48,795 nt of DNA from a virus. Below are positions 35,832-43,754 of the stretch, in pieces. Under the pieces are notes generated by a model. The model had not been told where the DNA came from. It made no database searches and was given only the letters and a program-made list of their open reading frames with translations. Every line of letters starts with the position of its first letter. The stretch's first letter is position 1. Both the position numbers and the translations under genes were made by a program. Location: IMG/VR virus record IMGVR_UViG_3300034069_000147, positions 1 to 48,795 of that record. The stretch is one strand, 5' to 3'.

Positions 35832-37135
35832 TATATACCGCCTATCTTGACACGAACAACACGAGAATTTGCAACCGGAAACCTATAGCATACGAAATAA
35901 CCGCCAGCATCAACAGCGTGATCGAAGCCGCTAGTTTTATCCGGTTCGCCATTTTTATCGTAAGCTTGTTTCTCCAAAGCTTCAGTAAAAGCCGGGCACA
36001 AGTCGGCGTTTACCTTCAGCCTTCGCACGCCTCCCGCCAATATCATTCGATTGACGGATAGAATGCGATCCTTGACGGCCGGGTTACTAGAATTCACTAG
36101 CACAGTAAAGCCGGCTTGCTCCAACAAAGCTATATCGGAGACACTAGCCCTGACTGTCTTTCTGGCGCCTCCGGTGGCGTCGGGATAGATGAATATCGAA
36201 TGATTGGCGAAGCGGCGCTTTATGGTCTCGATCATAGCCGGCGTATCCAATACGCCAACTATCTCGTTGACAGCGTGCGGCCAACCCTCGCGTTGAACGA
36301 AGATAACGCCGGCCATCTTACCAACGTTAAAATCCATTCCGATATGAAGCGGCTCGCCGGGCCGTATTATTTCCCGCGATCCATTTAACTCGCGGCTAAA
36401 CTCGGCATAAACCGAACCCGAAGTCAGATTGACAAACTCGCCCTCTAGGTAAGCTTGAATTAGATTTGGCGGATAGTCGGCGATTAAGTCGGGAATATAT
36501 TCGTCAGGAAGATTGCGAGCATTCGAATAGGTCGAAGCTTTGATAATATGATATTGATCGCTTGGCGGCTCTTTCTTCCAACGTCGATATACGAAGCGAA
36601 AGCCCTCCGGCGTTGTGCCCACAGCTACCGTGTTCGCGTCGCCGTTGGCCTTCTTCTGCCGATTGCGCGCGATAATCTTTGACCATACGGCCGCCGCGTC
36701 GTCTTCCTTCAGGGTGTCTAGCTCGTCGACGAGACTATCGCCAACTTCATAGCCGACGATACGGCTAGGCCGATCCATGGTGCGGAAGATGATTTCGCCA
36801 GCGCCGGGAAATTTGATGATCGCGGCTTTGCCTCGATACGTCTTGAAGTCTTCGCCGTCGATATAACCTAGATCGGCCAACGTTTCTTCGAAGCGTGGGA
36901 AGGCAATGCGGTCGACTAGATCATAGGTCGGCAGATAATATGCGATATTGCATTCGGGATATTCAAACTTAAGCCGAATGGCCCGATTGACTAGAGCTTG
37001 CGTCTTGCCGGAGCCAAAACCGGCCACCATCGCCGGATATCGCTTATCCGTCGTTATTAGCTCATACTGCGGATTGGTAAATTCGACTTCTAACGGCGGC
37101 CCGCCATTGTGGCCGATGGCGGCTTCAGTCGTCAT
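35831..37135 (-). CDS. terL: Terminase large subunit
   Basis: Walker A is VAGFGSGKTQ, and a C-terminal nuclease-type region follows. ATG 37135 gives MTTEAAIGHNGGPPLE. The track ORF extends to 37225. Confidence 0.85.
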   Translation of the reverse strand: MTTEAAIGHNGGPPLEVEFTNPQYELITTDKRYPAMVAGFGSGKTQALVNRAIRLKFEYPECNIAYYLPTYDLVDRIAFPRFEETLADLGYIDGEDFKTYRGKAAIIKFPGAGEIIFRTMDRPSRIVGYEVGDSLVDELDTLKEDDAAAVWSKIIARNRQKKANGDANTVAVGTTPEGFRFVYRRWKKEPPSDQYHIIKASTYSNARNLPDEYIPDLIADYPPNLIQAYLEGEFVNLTSGSVYAEFSRELNGSREIIRPGEPLHIGMDFNVGKMAGVIFVQREGWPHAVNEIVGVLDTPAMIETIKRRFANHSIFIYPDATGGARKTVRASVSDIALLEQAGFTVLVNSSNPAVKDRILSVNRMILAGGVRRLKVNADLCPAFTEALEKQAYDKNGEPDKTSGFDHAVDAGGYFVCYRFPVANSRVVRVKIGGI

Positions 37136-37577
37136 AACGTTTGAAGATAATTTGCGAGTGGCGACGCCGCTTGTCGTCGATCGTCTTTTCGACTGACTTG
37201 ACAACCCAACCCTTTGTTTGAGCAAAGGCCATATAACCTTCGATCATTACTTTTTTCTGTTGATAGCCGATGTTCTCGCTTTCGGTTACGGCGATAATCT
37301 TGGCTTGAAGTTGCTCGACAGTCTCGATCTTATTTTGATCGACAGGAAGAAGCTTGCCCTTGCGAATTGCTTCGGTAACTTCAAGCTCTTTCATCCAAGC
37401 CGTAGCTATTTGGCCGGAGCGAACTTCAGGATCGCGCGAATTGCGAAAGACATAGCTGGCGATTTCAAACGGAGAACGATCGGGATAAATGATTGAACAT
37501 TTTATGAATTCAGCAAGCAACGCCGGTACGTCATCATCTTCGAAAAAGATGGGATCGGCGGTCCACATAATCGCCAC
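37125..37577 (-). CDS. terS: Putative terminase small subunit
   Basis: 150-aa ORF immediately upstream of, and overlapping, terL. The call is positional only. The start is GTG 37577 or ATG 37568. Confidence 0.5.
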   Translation of the reverse strand: MAIMWTADPIFFEDDDVPALLAEFIKCSIIYPDRSPFEIASYVFRNSRDPEVRSGQIATAWMKELEVTEAIRKGKLLPVDQNKIETVEQLQAKIIAVTESENIGYQQKKVMIEGYMAFAQTKGWVVKSVEKTIDDKRRRHSQIIFKRYDD

Positions 37578-37608
37578 AGCTAAGCTAAAGCGTCCAATGC
37601 TTCAACAT

Positions 37609-37644
37609 GCAAAAAGGCCGCCCGGCGTTTCCACCGGACGGCCT
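37609..37644 (-). terminator. Rho-independent terminator between the lysis cassette and the packaging genes
   Basis: On the minus strand: AGGCCGtCCGG-tggaaacg-CCGGgCGGCCT followed by TTTTTG. Confidence 0.65.
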
Positions 37645-37673
37645 CTTGCGACCGAAGAACGATCGGGAGCTAT

Positions 37674-37955
37674 CTAGCTAAGCGCGATCCGCGCCGCAAG
37701 GTCATCGTTGACCTTGGCCAGCTTGGCGGCCGTCTCGCGGACGAAGGTTTCGTCATTGCTCGACAGCACCAGCTTTCCTTCGTCGACGCGCTCGACGATG
37801 TTGGCCGCGATCTCCGCCGTAGCGGCCGTCAGACGGCCAACGGCGCCCGTATCGAGGCCGGCGGACCCGGCGAGCGGTGCGAGGGCTTGAGCGGCCATGC
37901 TGGCGGCTTGCAGCCCGTGAATGATGGCGTCGGCGTCCATAGCTTGTTCCTTCAC
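37674..37955 (-). CDS. Hypothetical protein, 93 aa, Ala-rich helical
   Basis: ORF overlaps the stop of the upstream lipoprotein gene by 4 nt. Confidence 0.55.
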   Translation of the reverse strand: MKEQAMDADAIIHGLQAASMAAQALAPLAGSAGLDTGAVGRLTAATAEIAANIVERVDEGKLVLSSNDETFVRETAAKLAKVNDDLAARIALS

Positions 37956-38326
37956 TTCGAAGCCGGGAGGATCGCCAGCGCCGCCGGCTTCAGGCGGTTA
38001 AGCGTGGCCACAGCCGCGTTGAAATCGACGACGTTGCCGATGGCATAGGCGGTGCGAGCCGTCTTGAGCGCCGCATACATGCTCGCCAGAATGGGCTTCG
38101 CCTTGGCCTTGGCGTCGACAGTGAGAAGGCCGTTCGCATCGGCGGCGACGTAGGCTTGCGCAGGCACGTTAAAGGTCGCTTCGGCCGCATACATCGCCTT
38201 ATCGGAGATAGCCAAAGCGGCCGGCGCTTCGACAGCGTTATTGACCGGAGCCGACGTGTTGGCCTCATTGTGGGCACAAGCCGCCAGCGCCACACAACTC
38301 GCAACCATGAAAATCATCTTTCGCAT
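37952..38326 (-). CDS. Lipoprotein, 124 aa (possible outer-membrane lysis/spanin-related or exclusion protein)
   Basis: Signal peptide with lipobox: MRKMIFMVASCVALAAC. Confidence 0.65.
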   Translation of the reverse strand: MRKMIFMVASCVALAACAHNEANTSAPVNNAVEAPAALAISDKAMYAAEATFNVPAQAYVAADANGLLTVDAKAKAKPILASMYAALKTARTAYAIGNVVDFNAAVATLNRLKPAALAILPASK

Positions 38327-38337
38327 TGTCTTTCCTC

Positions 38338-38835
38338 CTAGAAATCAAGTCCCATCCATACGGAAACGACGAACGTAAACACGCCGCCAGTTGTGCCGTA
38401 TAGCAAAAGCAAACGGCGATTTGCCGTGAATATTTGAAAATGATTGTTCTCGGCAATCTTAGGCGCTCCCGATCCATTCACCATAAGGCAAATGGAAATG
38501 ATATAAAGGAAATAGATTGCGCCGAGAATAGGCGAATTCCTAAGCTTAGGATCGCCGTTTATATGAACGTAGAGCCACCAAAATCGGTTCAACGTAAGAG
38601 TTGTCAGCATTAGCGAAATGCCAAGCGCCAACTGTGAAACGCGATCCACAACTTTGGCAGTAAACGCCACTTTTAGAAGTGGAGAAAAGACGATAGCCGC
38701 CGCGACGATTGCACCTAGAAAGATGCCGTTAAGTATCGTCAACAATCGAATTGTCGGCAATATTGCTGCTAACGTCCAATAAAACGCGGTAAGCGATAAT
38801 GCCCACAGTAGAACCGTGCTGCGAAACGGCTTCAT
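38338..38835 (-). CDS. Polytopic inner-membrane protein, 165 aa, about 5 TM helices
   Basis: Hydrophobic segments read by eye. The gene is AT-rich and ATGA-coupled to the upstream ORF. Confidence 0.6.
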   Translation of the reverse strand: MKPFRSTVLLWALSLTAFYWTLAAILPTIRLLTILNGIFLGAIVAAAIVFSPLLKVAFTAKVVDRVSQLALGISLMLTTLTLNRFWWLYVHINGDPKLRNSPILGAIYFLYIISICLMVNGSGAPKIAENNHFQIFTANRRLLLLYGTTGGVFTFVVSVWMGLDF

Positions 38836-39011
38836 TTTCTTGGCCCCGATAGGTTGTCTCGCCTATCTAGCATTTCCTGAAGCGCATGGCGAGCTTCTTC
38901 CGCCGCTCTTTCGTTGCGTTGACTTGCAACTATGATTTGTGCCCGGATAGGATCGGGAGCCGACGAAGGTTTAAAACCTAGCATTTGGGCTAACATATGT
39001 TTTACCTTCAT
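38832..39011 (-). CDS. Hypothetical protein, 59 aa (below the ORF-track cutoff)
   Basis: Product is MKVKHMLAQMLGFKPSSAPDPIRAQIIVASQRNERAAEEARHALQEMLDRRDNLSGPRK. ATGA overlaps occur at both ends. Confidence 0.5.
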   Translation of the reverse strand: MKVKHMLAQMLGFKPSSAPDPIRAQIIVASQRNERAAEEARHALQEMLDRRDNLSGPRK

Positions 39012-39223
39012 GCTCGCGGGCCTCGCTCGCGCATTACTTCGGTAAGCGTTTCGAGCGTGTTGGTATTTTGTTCGATTGCCTTTATGCTTTCTCGGCTTTC
39101 GGCAATTCGTTTCTCTTGTATCTCATTTACTTTTTTGTATAGAGCGACAAGAGCGACGCCTAAAGCAACGATTATAACGCCTAGAACGCCTTGGCCTAAG
39201 AAATACTTAGTAACTTCGTCCAT
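39008..39223 (-). CDS. Single-pass membrane protein with a coiled-coil tail, 71 aa (i-spanin-like or holin-regulator candidate)
   Basis: The TM helix is GVLGVIIVALGVALVALY, followed by a charged helix. It is TAATG-coupled to the endolysin. Confidence 0.55.
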   Translation of the reverse strand: MDEVTKYFLGQGVLGVIIVALGVALVALYKKVNEIQEKRIAESRESIKAIEQNTNTLETLTEVMRERGPRA

Positions 39224-39945
39224 TACGCCAGCTTTCCAAGCTGAAGCTTTATGGCCAAAGTATCGTTAAGCTTAGCAAGCTCAACAAGCTCCGCCGGAAG
39301 CATAACAGGAAAAACATCTTTGTTTTCGATCGGCGCGATTGCTTTTGGCAATTCGATCGGTGCCGGCATAACGAACATTTGATCCGCACGCGCGAGCTTT
39401 ATGGCGTAATCTATTACGCCGGTGTCGTCAACTTGGACACCATCTTTGTATCCCATAACGCGACGAACCCAACCTTTGCCGAAGTCGGGAAACGTGGCCA
39501 GCGATCGGAGAAACGCCACTCGATTGGCGCAATACTCGATAACAAACATTTCTTCGTCTTTACGTGTGGCCGCGAATACGGCTTCGATCGAGACGTTGCC
39601 AAGGCTACCGTCATCATCGACGCCAAGTTGGCGCTGAAGATAGCGAATTGCACGCGAGACGCCAGAATTAACCGCGAAGTCGAAGACAGCATAATCGATA
39701 CCGGCGGGCAGTTCATCGCCGCGAATGCGGCGCCAATATTGCGAGATATAAATATCTTTCGTTTCCATTGGATCGATTTGCCGAACGCTTCGGAGCGCCA
39801 GCCCGTGAAGCTTACGGTATGCGTCATATACCGCTTGCGTAACGCCGCAATTGGTAGCTCCGCCGGGATCGCGAGGATTGTTGACGAAGCCGCCTTCATG
39901 CGCCAAAACAAGCGCCAGCGATTGCTTAAAGCTAGTTGCACTCAT
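39223..39945 (-). CDS. Endolysin: GH108 lysozyme domain plus a PG_binding_3-type domain
   Basis: The signature is ALVLAHEGGFVNNPRDPGGATNCGVT, followed by LQRQLGVDDDGSLG. It is ATGA-coupled to the holin. Confidence 0.8.
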   Translation of the reverse strand: MSATSFKQSLALVLAHEGGFVNNPRDPGGATNCGVTQAVYDAYRKLHGLALRSVRQIDPMETKDIYISQYWRRIRGDELPAGIDYAVFDFAVNSGVSRAIRYLQRQLGVDDDGSLGNVSIEAVFAATRKDEEMFVIEYCANRVAFLRSLATFPDFGKGWVRRVMGYKDGVQVDDTGVIDYAIKLARADQMFVMPAPIELPKAIAPIENKDVFPVMLPAELVELAKLNDTLAIKLQLGKLA

Positions 39946-40172
39946 TGCCCGTTGCCCACGGTAGCCGTGTCGGCATGATCGACATTTTGCACGGCCTTCG
40001 TGGTGGCCGGCTTGAACGTGCCTGCGATGCCGACAAGGCCGGTTGTGAGGCCACCGAAGCCAAGAGCTTCGGCGTAGCGCCCGCTATAGGCCAGAATGGC
40101 CGCGATGGACGCCAGATAGCAGATTGCCGCTATGACGGCACAGAATGCGATAAGTGCGTGACGCTCGCTCAT
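39942..40172 (-). CDS. Holin candidate, 76 aa, two TM helices
   Basis: Product is MSERHALIAFCAVIAAICYLASIAAILAY...GGLTTGLVGIAGTF, directly upstream of the endolysin. The start context is GAGGAACCGGGCAATG. Confidence 0.65.
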   Translation of the reverse strand: MSERHALIAFCAVIAAICYLASIAAILAYSGRYAEALGFGGLTTGLVGIAGTFKPATTKAVQNVDHADTATVGNGQ

Positions 40173-40237
40173 TGCCCGGTTCCTCGATCGAGGGCGCCCG
40201 TGGAGGCTCCGGGGCGGCAACGTAGGCCGATCGCGAG

Positions 40238-40278
40238 GCAAAGGAAAGGGGCCGCCCGGATCGCTCCGAACGGCCCCT
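40238..40278 (-). terminator. Rho-independent terminator after gene 40318..40998
   Basis: On the minus strand: GGGGCCG-loop-CGGCCCC followed by TTTCCTTTG. Confidence 0.65.
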
Positions 40279-40317
40279 CCCAAGCCTAGCCCGCCTTGCG
40301 ACGGGACCGGCTTAACT

Positions 40318-40998
40318 TCAGGCGGTGCGCCAGACGCGGGCGCCCTCGCCCTTCGGATCGTCCTTGCCGACCGTCTTGACGATGAAGTCGCGCGTCAGCT
40401 TCATGACGGGCCGCGTCTCCTCCGTCTCCGTCTCGATCACGCGCTTGCCGTCGACCTTGACGAACTCGCCGTCGTCACCGCGCTTGTAGGTCTTGACGTT
40501 GACCACCTTCGTCTTGTCGCCATCGGGCTCCGCGAACGCCGCCCGCGCACCCGACACGCTCGACGCCAGCCGCGTCGCCGGGTCCGTGTTATCCGCCGTC
40601 TTGGCGACGTGGAACGACTGCCCGACATTCAGCTTGTCGAACGGATAGCCGCCCGACCGGCCGCGCCGCGCCGTGTCCGTGGGCATCGGAACGCCGTCGT
40701 CGATATCGAACCTCTTGCCGGTGGCCTCGCCATCCTCGACGGCCTCCGTGCCCTCGCCGTTGACCGTGGCCAGCGCCGCCTTGCCGGCATCCGTCAGGGA
40801 GACGGCCGCGAGATTGCCCGAAACGTTGGTCGTGTCGACGATCGCATGGCCGGCGTTGACGGCCTCCGCGCCTTCGTCTTGCGTCAGCATGAGAACGCCC
40901 GCCGAAGGATCGGTCGAAGCCGCGATCAGCGCGAGAAGCGCCGCGCCGCGCTCCGTCACGGCCGCACGGGTGGAAGTGGGAGCCTTCGCCATGTTCAT
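40318..40998 (-). CDS. GC-rich hypothetical protein, 226 aa, with a YPFDKLNVGQSFHV motif
   Basis: ORF with an AAGGAA RBS; ATG 40992 has the better spacing. The gene is flanked by a TTGACA promoter-like hexamer and a terminator. Confidence 0.65.
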   Translation of the reverse strand: MNMAKAPTSTRAAVTERGAALLALIAASTDPSAGVLMLTQDEGAEAVNAGHAIVDTTNVSGNLAAVSLTDAGKAALATVNGEGTEAVEDGEATGKRFDIDDGVPMPTDTARRGRSGGYPFDKLNVGQSFHVAKTADNTDPATRLASSVSGARAAFAEPDGDKTKVVNVKTYKRGDDGEFVKVDGKRVIETETEETRPVMKLTRDFIVKTVGKDDPKGEGARVWRTA

Positions 40999-41046
40999 TT
41001 CCTTTCAGTTGCGTTGCCGCGCCCGGTTCGTTGATTGGAGTTGAAA

Positions 41047-41074
41047 GCTTTAGACACGCCGGAAAGTATGTCAA
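41047..41074 (-). promoter_or_regulatory. Candidate sigma70-type promoter for gene 40318..40998
   Basis: On the minus strand: TTGACA (41074-41069), a 16-nt spacer, then TAAAGC (41052-41047). The -35 is perfect and the -10 is weak. Confidence 0.3.
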
Positions 41075-41087
41075 CAGCTATTTCGCG

Positions 41088-41885
41088 TTATGCGTGCCGT
41101 CCGCTTCCTTTTTCGTTTATGACGCTGGCAACATTCGGATCGTCGAGCTTCGCGATAAGCTCCGCCGACGAAATCGGATTAGGCCGCTGTGCCTCGATCG
41201 CGTTGCCGTCGAGATTGCGTTCGCCTTCCATCTTAGCCGTTCGATGGCCGATCGGAAGATGATGTTCCAGCAAGTCCCGTTCGGCGGCAAGCTGGCGATT
41301 GTTGGCGTCGTGTTCGGTGAAGCGATCCGGGAAGCGCATACGAAGCTTCGCGATGTTCGCCATTTCGTCATCGCCCCACTTGAAGCGACCGACGCGGGCG
41401 AGTAGCGCCATATACCACTTCGCATCGCCGACTTCTTCGCCGATGTTTGTTCGATCGAAGCCTTTGCCGCTGATAGCGTCGCGGAGATTTTCGAGCAATT
41501 CGCCCGCCTCCGTCGCCACGCCAATAACGCCGTGAATATAAAATTCGGCTTCCTCGTTGGTAAGATCCGAGTTATCTGTGATCCGGTTCGGCACGTTGGA
41601 CATATCGAGCGGTTTGCCGGGTTCGTCATACTGCCCCGGCGCGGCGCCATGATAGTCGCCAAGGCCGGCGTCTCGCCCATAGAACAGAGCTTTTTTGATC
41701 GCGTCCATACGCTGCAAAGCGTCGATCGCATCATTCAAAGCCCGAACGAACCGGAACTTCGCCACAAGCTCGCCATGATATTGTGACGAGACTGTCAGAA
41801 AGGCTTCAGCCGCATAGTCGAAAGCCGGTTGCATAAGGCGAGTGCCATCGGCCATAACGCCAGAGCGGAATTCGTCGTCAGTCAT
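41088..41885 (-). CDS. mazG: MazG-like nucleoside triphosphate pyrophosphohydrolase with N- and C-terminal extensions
   Basis: The core is HGVIGVATEAGELLENL ... GEEVGDAKWYMALLA (the ExxE ... ExxD metal-binding pattern). Confidence 0.7.
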   Translation of the reverse strand: MTDDEFRSGVMADGTRLMQPAFDYAAEAFLTVSSQYHGELVAKFRFVRALNDAIDALQRMDAIKKALFYGRDAGLGDYHGAAPGQYDEPGKPLDMSNVPNRITDNSDLTNEEAEFYIHGVIGVATEAGELLENLRDAISGKGFDRTNIGEEVGDAKWYMALLARVGRFKWGDDEMANIAKLRMRFPDRFTEHDANNRQLAAERDLLEHHLPIGHRTAKMEGERNLDGNAIEAQRPNPISSAELIAKLDDPNVASVINEKGSGRHA

Positions 41886-41905
41886 CGATTGACCTTTCTA
41901 TGGTA

Positions 41906-41979
41906 TGGATGCCCCGGAAGGGATCGAACCTTCATTCGCGGAACCAAAAACCGTTGTCCTACCATTAGACGACGGGGCA
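41906..41979 (-). tRNA. tRNA-Gln (anticodon UUG) with encoded CCA
   Basis: Hand-folded cloverleaf. The acceptor is UGCCCCG/CGGGGCA, the D arm is GUCU/GGAC with A14, G18, G19 and A21, and the T arm is GAAGG-UUCGAUC-CCUUC. The anticodon loop is UUUUGGU and the 3' end is UCCA. Confidence 0.75.
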
Positions 41980-41987
41980 ATATTCGC

Positions 41988-42176
41988 TTAGCGGGTGAAT
42001 TGCCAAGCGAAATAGAGTGCGACCAACGCCGCGAGCGTCAGCAAGACGGCTCCCATAACGTCGAAGTCGTGATATCCTCGCCCGTTGCACGTCGAGCAAG
42101 CGACAAGCGCCGGCCCTTCGTTCGGGTTATGGTGACAGCCGCGACCGTTGCAAATCTTGCAGTCAGTTCGACGCAT
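41988..42176 (-). CDS. Membrane-anchored miniprotein with a DnaJ-type zinc finger (2x CxxCxGxG), 62 aa
   Basis: Product is MRRTDCKICNGRGCHHNPNEGPALVACSTCNGRGYHDFDVMGAVLLTLAALVALYFAWQFTR. The start context is GGGGAACCGGGCAATG. Confidence 0.6.
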   Translation of the reverse strand: MRRTDCKICNGRGCHHNPNEGPALVACSTCNGRGYHDFDVMGAVLLTLAALVALYFAWQFTR

Positions 42177-42348
42177 TGCCCGGTTCCCCGTCCTTGGCGT
42201 TCCATTTTTGAACGCCGAAGCCGTGATTAAGGCACCATCGTTCGTGCCTGTCAAGCCATGCAACGCTTTCACGCCGGTTATAATTCACTTCCGTTTCGCC
42301 ACGAACTTGGCCGGTCGCCATATTGACCGTGCGAACTTTGACGATCAT
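42163..42348 (-). CDS. Hypothetical protein, 61 aa
   Basis: ATG 42348 lies 1 nt after the upstream stop. Product is MIVKVRTVNMATGQVRGETEVNYNRRESVAWLDRHERWCLNHGF... Confidence 0.5.
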   Translation of the reverse strand: MIVKVRTVNMATGQVRGETEVNYNRRESVAWLDRHERWCLNHGFGVQKWNAKDGEPGNASN

Positions 42349-42349
42349 G

Positions 42350-42568
42350 TTAGTTGTTCTCCGCGTTGCGCTGGCGCTCCAAGGCTTCGACATAAAGCCT
42401 AGTGACAACGCAACGATCCTGCGAACGGTTGACGTTAGACGGGTGATCGAGGGCGCACCGCTCGCGAATGCCTTCAGGCGAGTGCGGATCGCCACCATAT
42501 TTGTTCGCCACGAACAAAATGGAGAAAACGCCGATGGCCGCCAGCGCCAGCTTGTTCTTCGTCTTCAT
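42350..42568 (-). CDS. Signal-anchor/secreted small protein, 72 aa
   Basis: ATGA-coupled to the VRR-NUC stop. Product is MKTKNKLALAAIGVFSILFVANK... Confidence 0.55.
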   Translation of the reverse strand: MKTKNKLALAAIGVFSILFVANKYGGDPHSPEGIRERCALDHPSNVNRSQDRCVVTRLYVEALERQRNAENN

Positions 42569-43134
42569 GTCGCCTTCCCCAAATAGCGGAGGATTGCGTC
42601 TCGCGCCGCTTCCCATCCGACACACACTTCGACGGCATAGCCGGCATGGCGCAAGTAGGCAATCCATTCGTCTTGCACGTCAGACGTGCCGCCAGCGGAG
42701 CCGCGCGCCGACTTTTGGCGTTTTAGCTCAATAAACAGGCCAGCCGCAAACTTCGTTTCGACGAAAGGTTCTGTGGTCCAAGGCATATAGCCGGAAACCT
42801 TTTCAGACACGATAACCGGCAACATGATATCCGGCACGCCAGCCTTCACGCCTTCCGCCTTCGACATAGCGCCGCGCACAGCGTCACCATGGCCAGCATT
42901 TTTTATAGCAAATAGCCGGCGAAGCTCCGGGATCGGATCGCTTGACTTAACATAGCCGAGCTTGCCCCGGTTATCGAATTGCGTCTTGGCAAAGCCGGGC
43001 GTTGTGTAGCTGTGCGGATCTTTGGCAAGGATCGGACCGAACATGGCCGCCATGTTTGCCCACATGAACAGCGCGACTTGCTCAGCATATTCGTTGCGCG
43101 TCTTGCCGGCGTAGCTCCACGGATCGAGCGCCAT
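42565..43134 (-). CDS. VRR-NUC domain nuclease
   Basis: Motifs are GVPDIMLPV ... GLFIELKR ... QDEWIAYLRHAGYAVEVCVGWEAA. Confidence 0.7.
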   Translation of the reverse strand: MALDPWSYAGKTRNEYAEQVALFMWANMAAMFGPILAKDPHSYTTPGFAKTQFDNRGKLGYVKSSDPIPELRRLFAIKNAGHGDAVRGAMSKAEGVKAGVPDIMLPVIVSEKVSGYMPWTTEPFVETKFAAGLFIELKRQKSARGSAGGTSDVQDEWIAYLRHAGYAVEVCVGWEAARDAILRYLGKAT

Positions 43135-43138
43135 TGCT

Positions 43139-43474
43139 TCAGTCTCCCAACGAAAAGCGCGGGTCGATCGCCTTTAGCGTCGCCAGATAGGCGTCGCGCT
43201 CTTGCTCCCATGTCACAACGAGCGAACCGAAGTATTCGGCCGACGTTATGAGACGCTTTGCCAGCAACAGACGCGCCAACGCCGAAGCCTCGATCAACGC
43301 GCTATTCACGCCGACGCGCAAATGCTTAGGCTCACATTCGGGAAATCGCTTTCCGCTACTGGCGGCGTGTTGCTGAAGAAACGCCACAGCCGATTGCACT
43401 TGATGCGTCAGCTTTGCGAGCTTGGCCGCAACTTCAGGCGCCGGAACGGGCGAATATGCATCATCGTTTGCCAT
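43139..43474 (-). CDS. Hypothetical protein, 111 aa
   Basis: ORF is TAATG-coupled to the upstream gene. Confidence 0.6.
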   Translation of the reverse strand: MANDDAYSPVPAPEVAAKLAKLTHQVQSAVAFLQQHAASSGKRFPECEPKHLRVGVNSALIEASALARLLLAKRLITSAEYFGSLVVTWEQERDAYLATLKAIDPRFSLGD

Positions 43475-43719
43475 TAGAATTGCTCCAAAAAGTTTTGAAT
43501 GCCAACCGGCAATTCATCGGGCCGTTCGTCGGGCACTTCAGCCTTGCGAGCGCCGATGCTGACAAGCCATGCGTGCGTGCGCGCATTGAAGGCGTCAAGA
43601 TAGCTGTCAGGAATTTTGTTGCCGCCATAGTGGGGCAACGCCTTACGCGCCGCTAGCTCCGCCTCGCGGGCTCGATCGCGCTCCGCCCATTCGGCGAAGA
43701 TTGGCCAGCCGTCAGCCAT
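43474..43719 (-). CDS. Hypothetical protein, 81 aa
   Basis: ORF follows a structured 150-nt intergenic region. Confidence 0.55.
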   Translation of the reverse strand: MADGWPIFAEWAERDRAREAELAARKALPHYGGNKIPDSYLDAFNARTHAWLVSIGARKAEVPDERPDELPVGIQNFLEQF

Positions 43720-43754
43720 TACGGATTGCTTCGCTGAAAGAAAGCCATAGTCTT

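Noticed and set aside
40589-41074. Alternative-frame ORFs (161 aa minus, 141 and 123 aa plus) over the GC-rich gene 40318-40998
   Set aside because: They are typical multi-frame open reading in very GC-rich DNA. Only the 226-aa frame has an RBS, a terminator and a non-degenerate composition.
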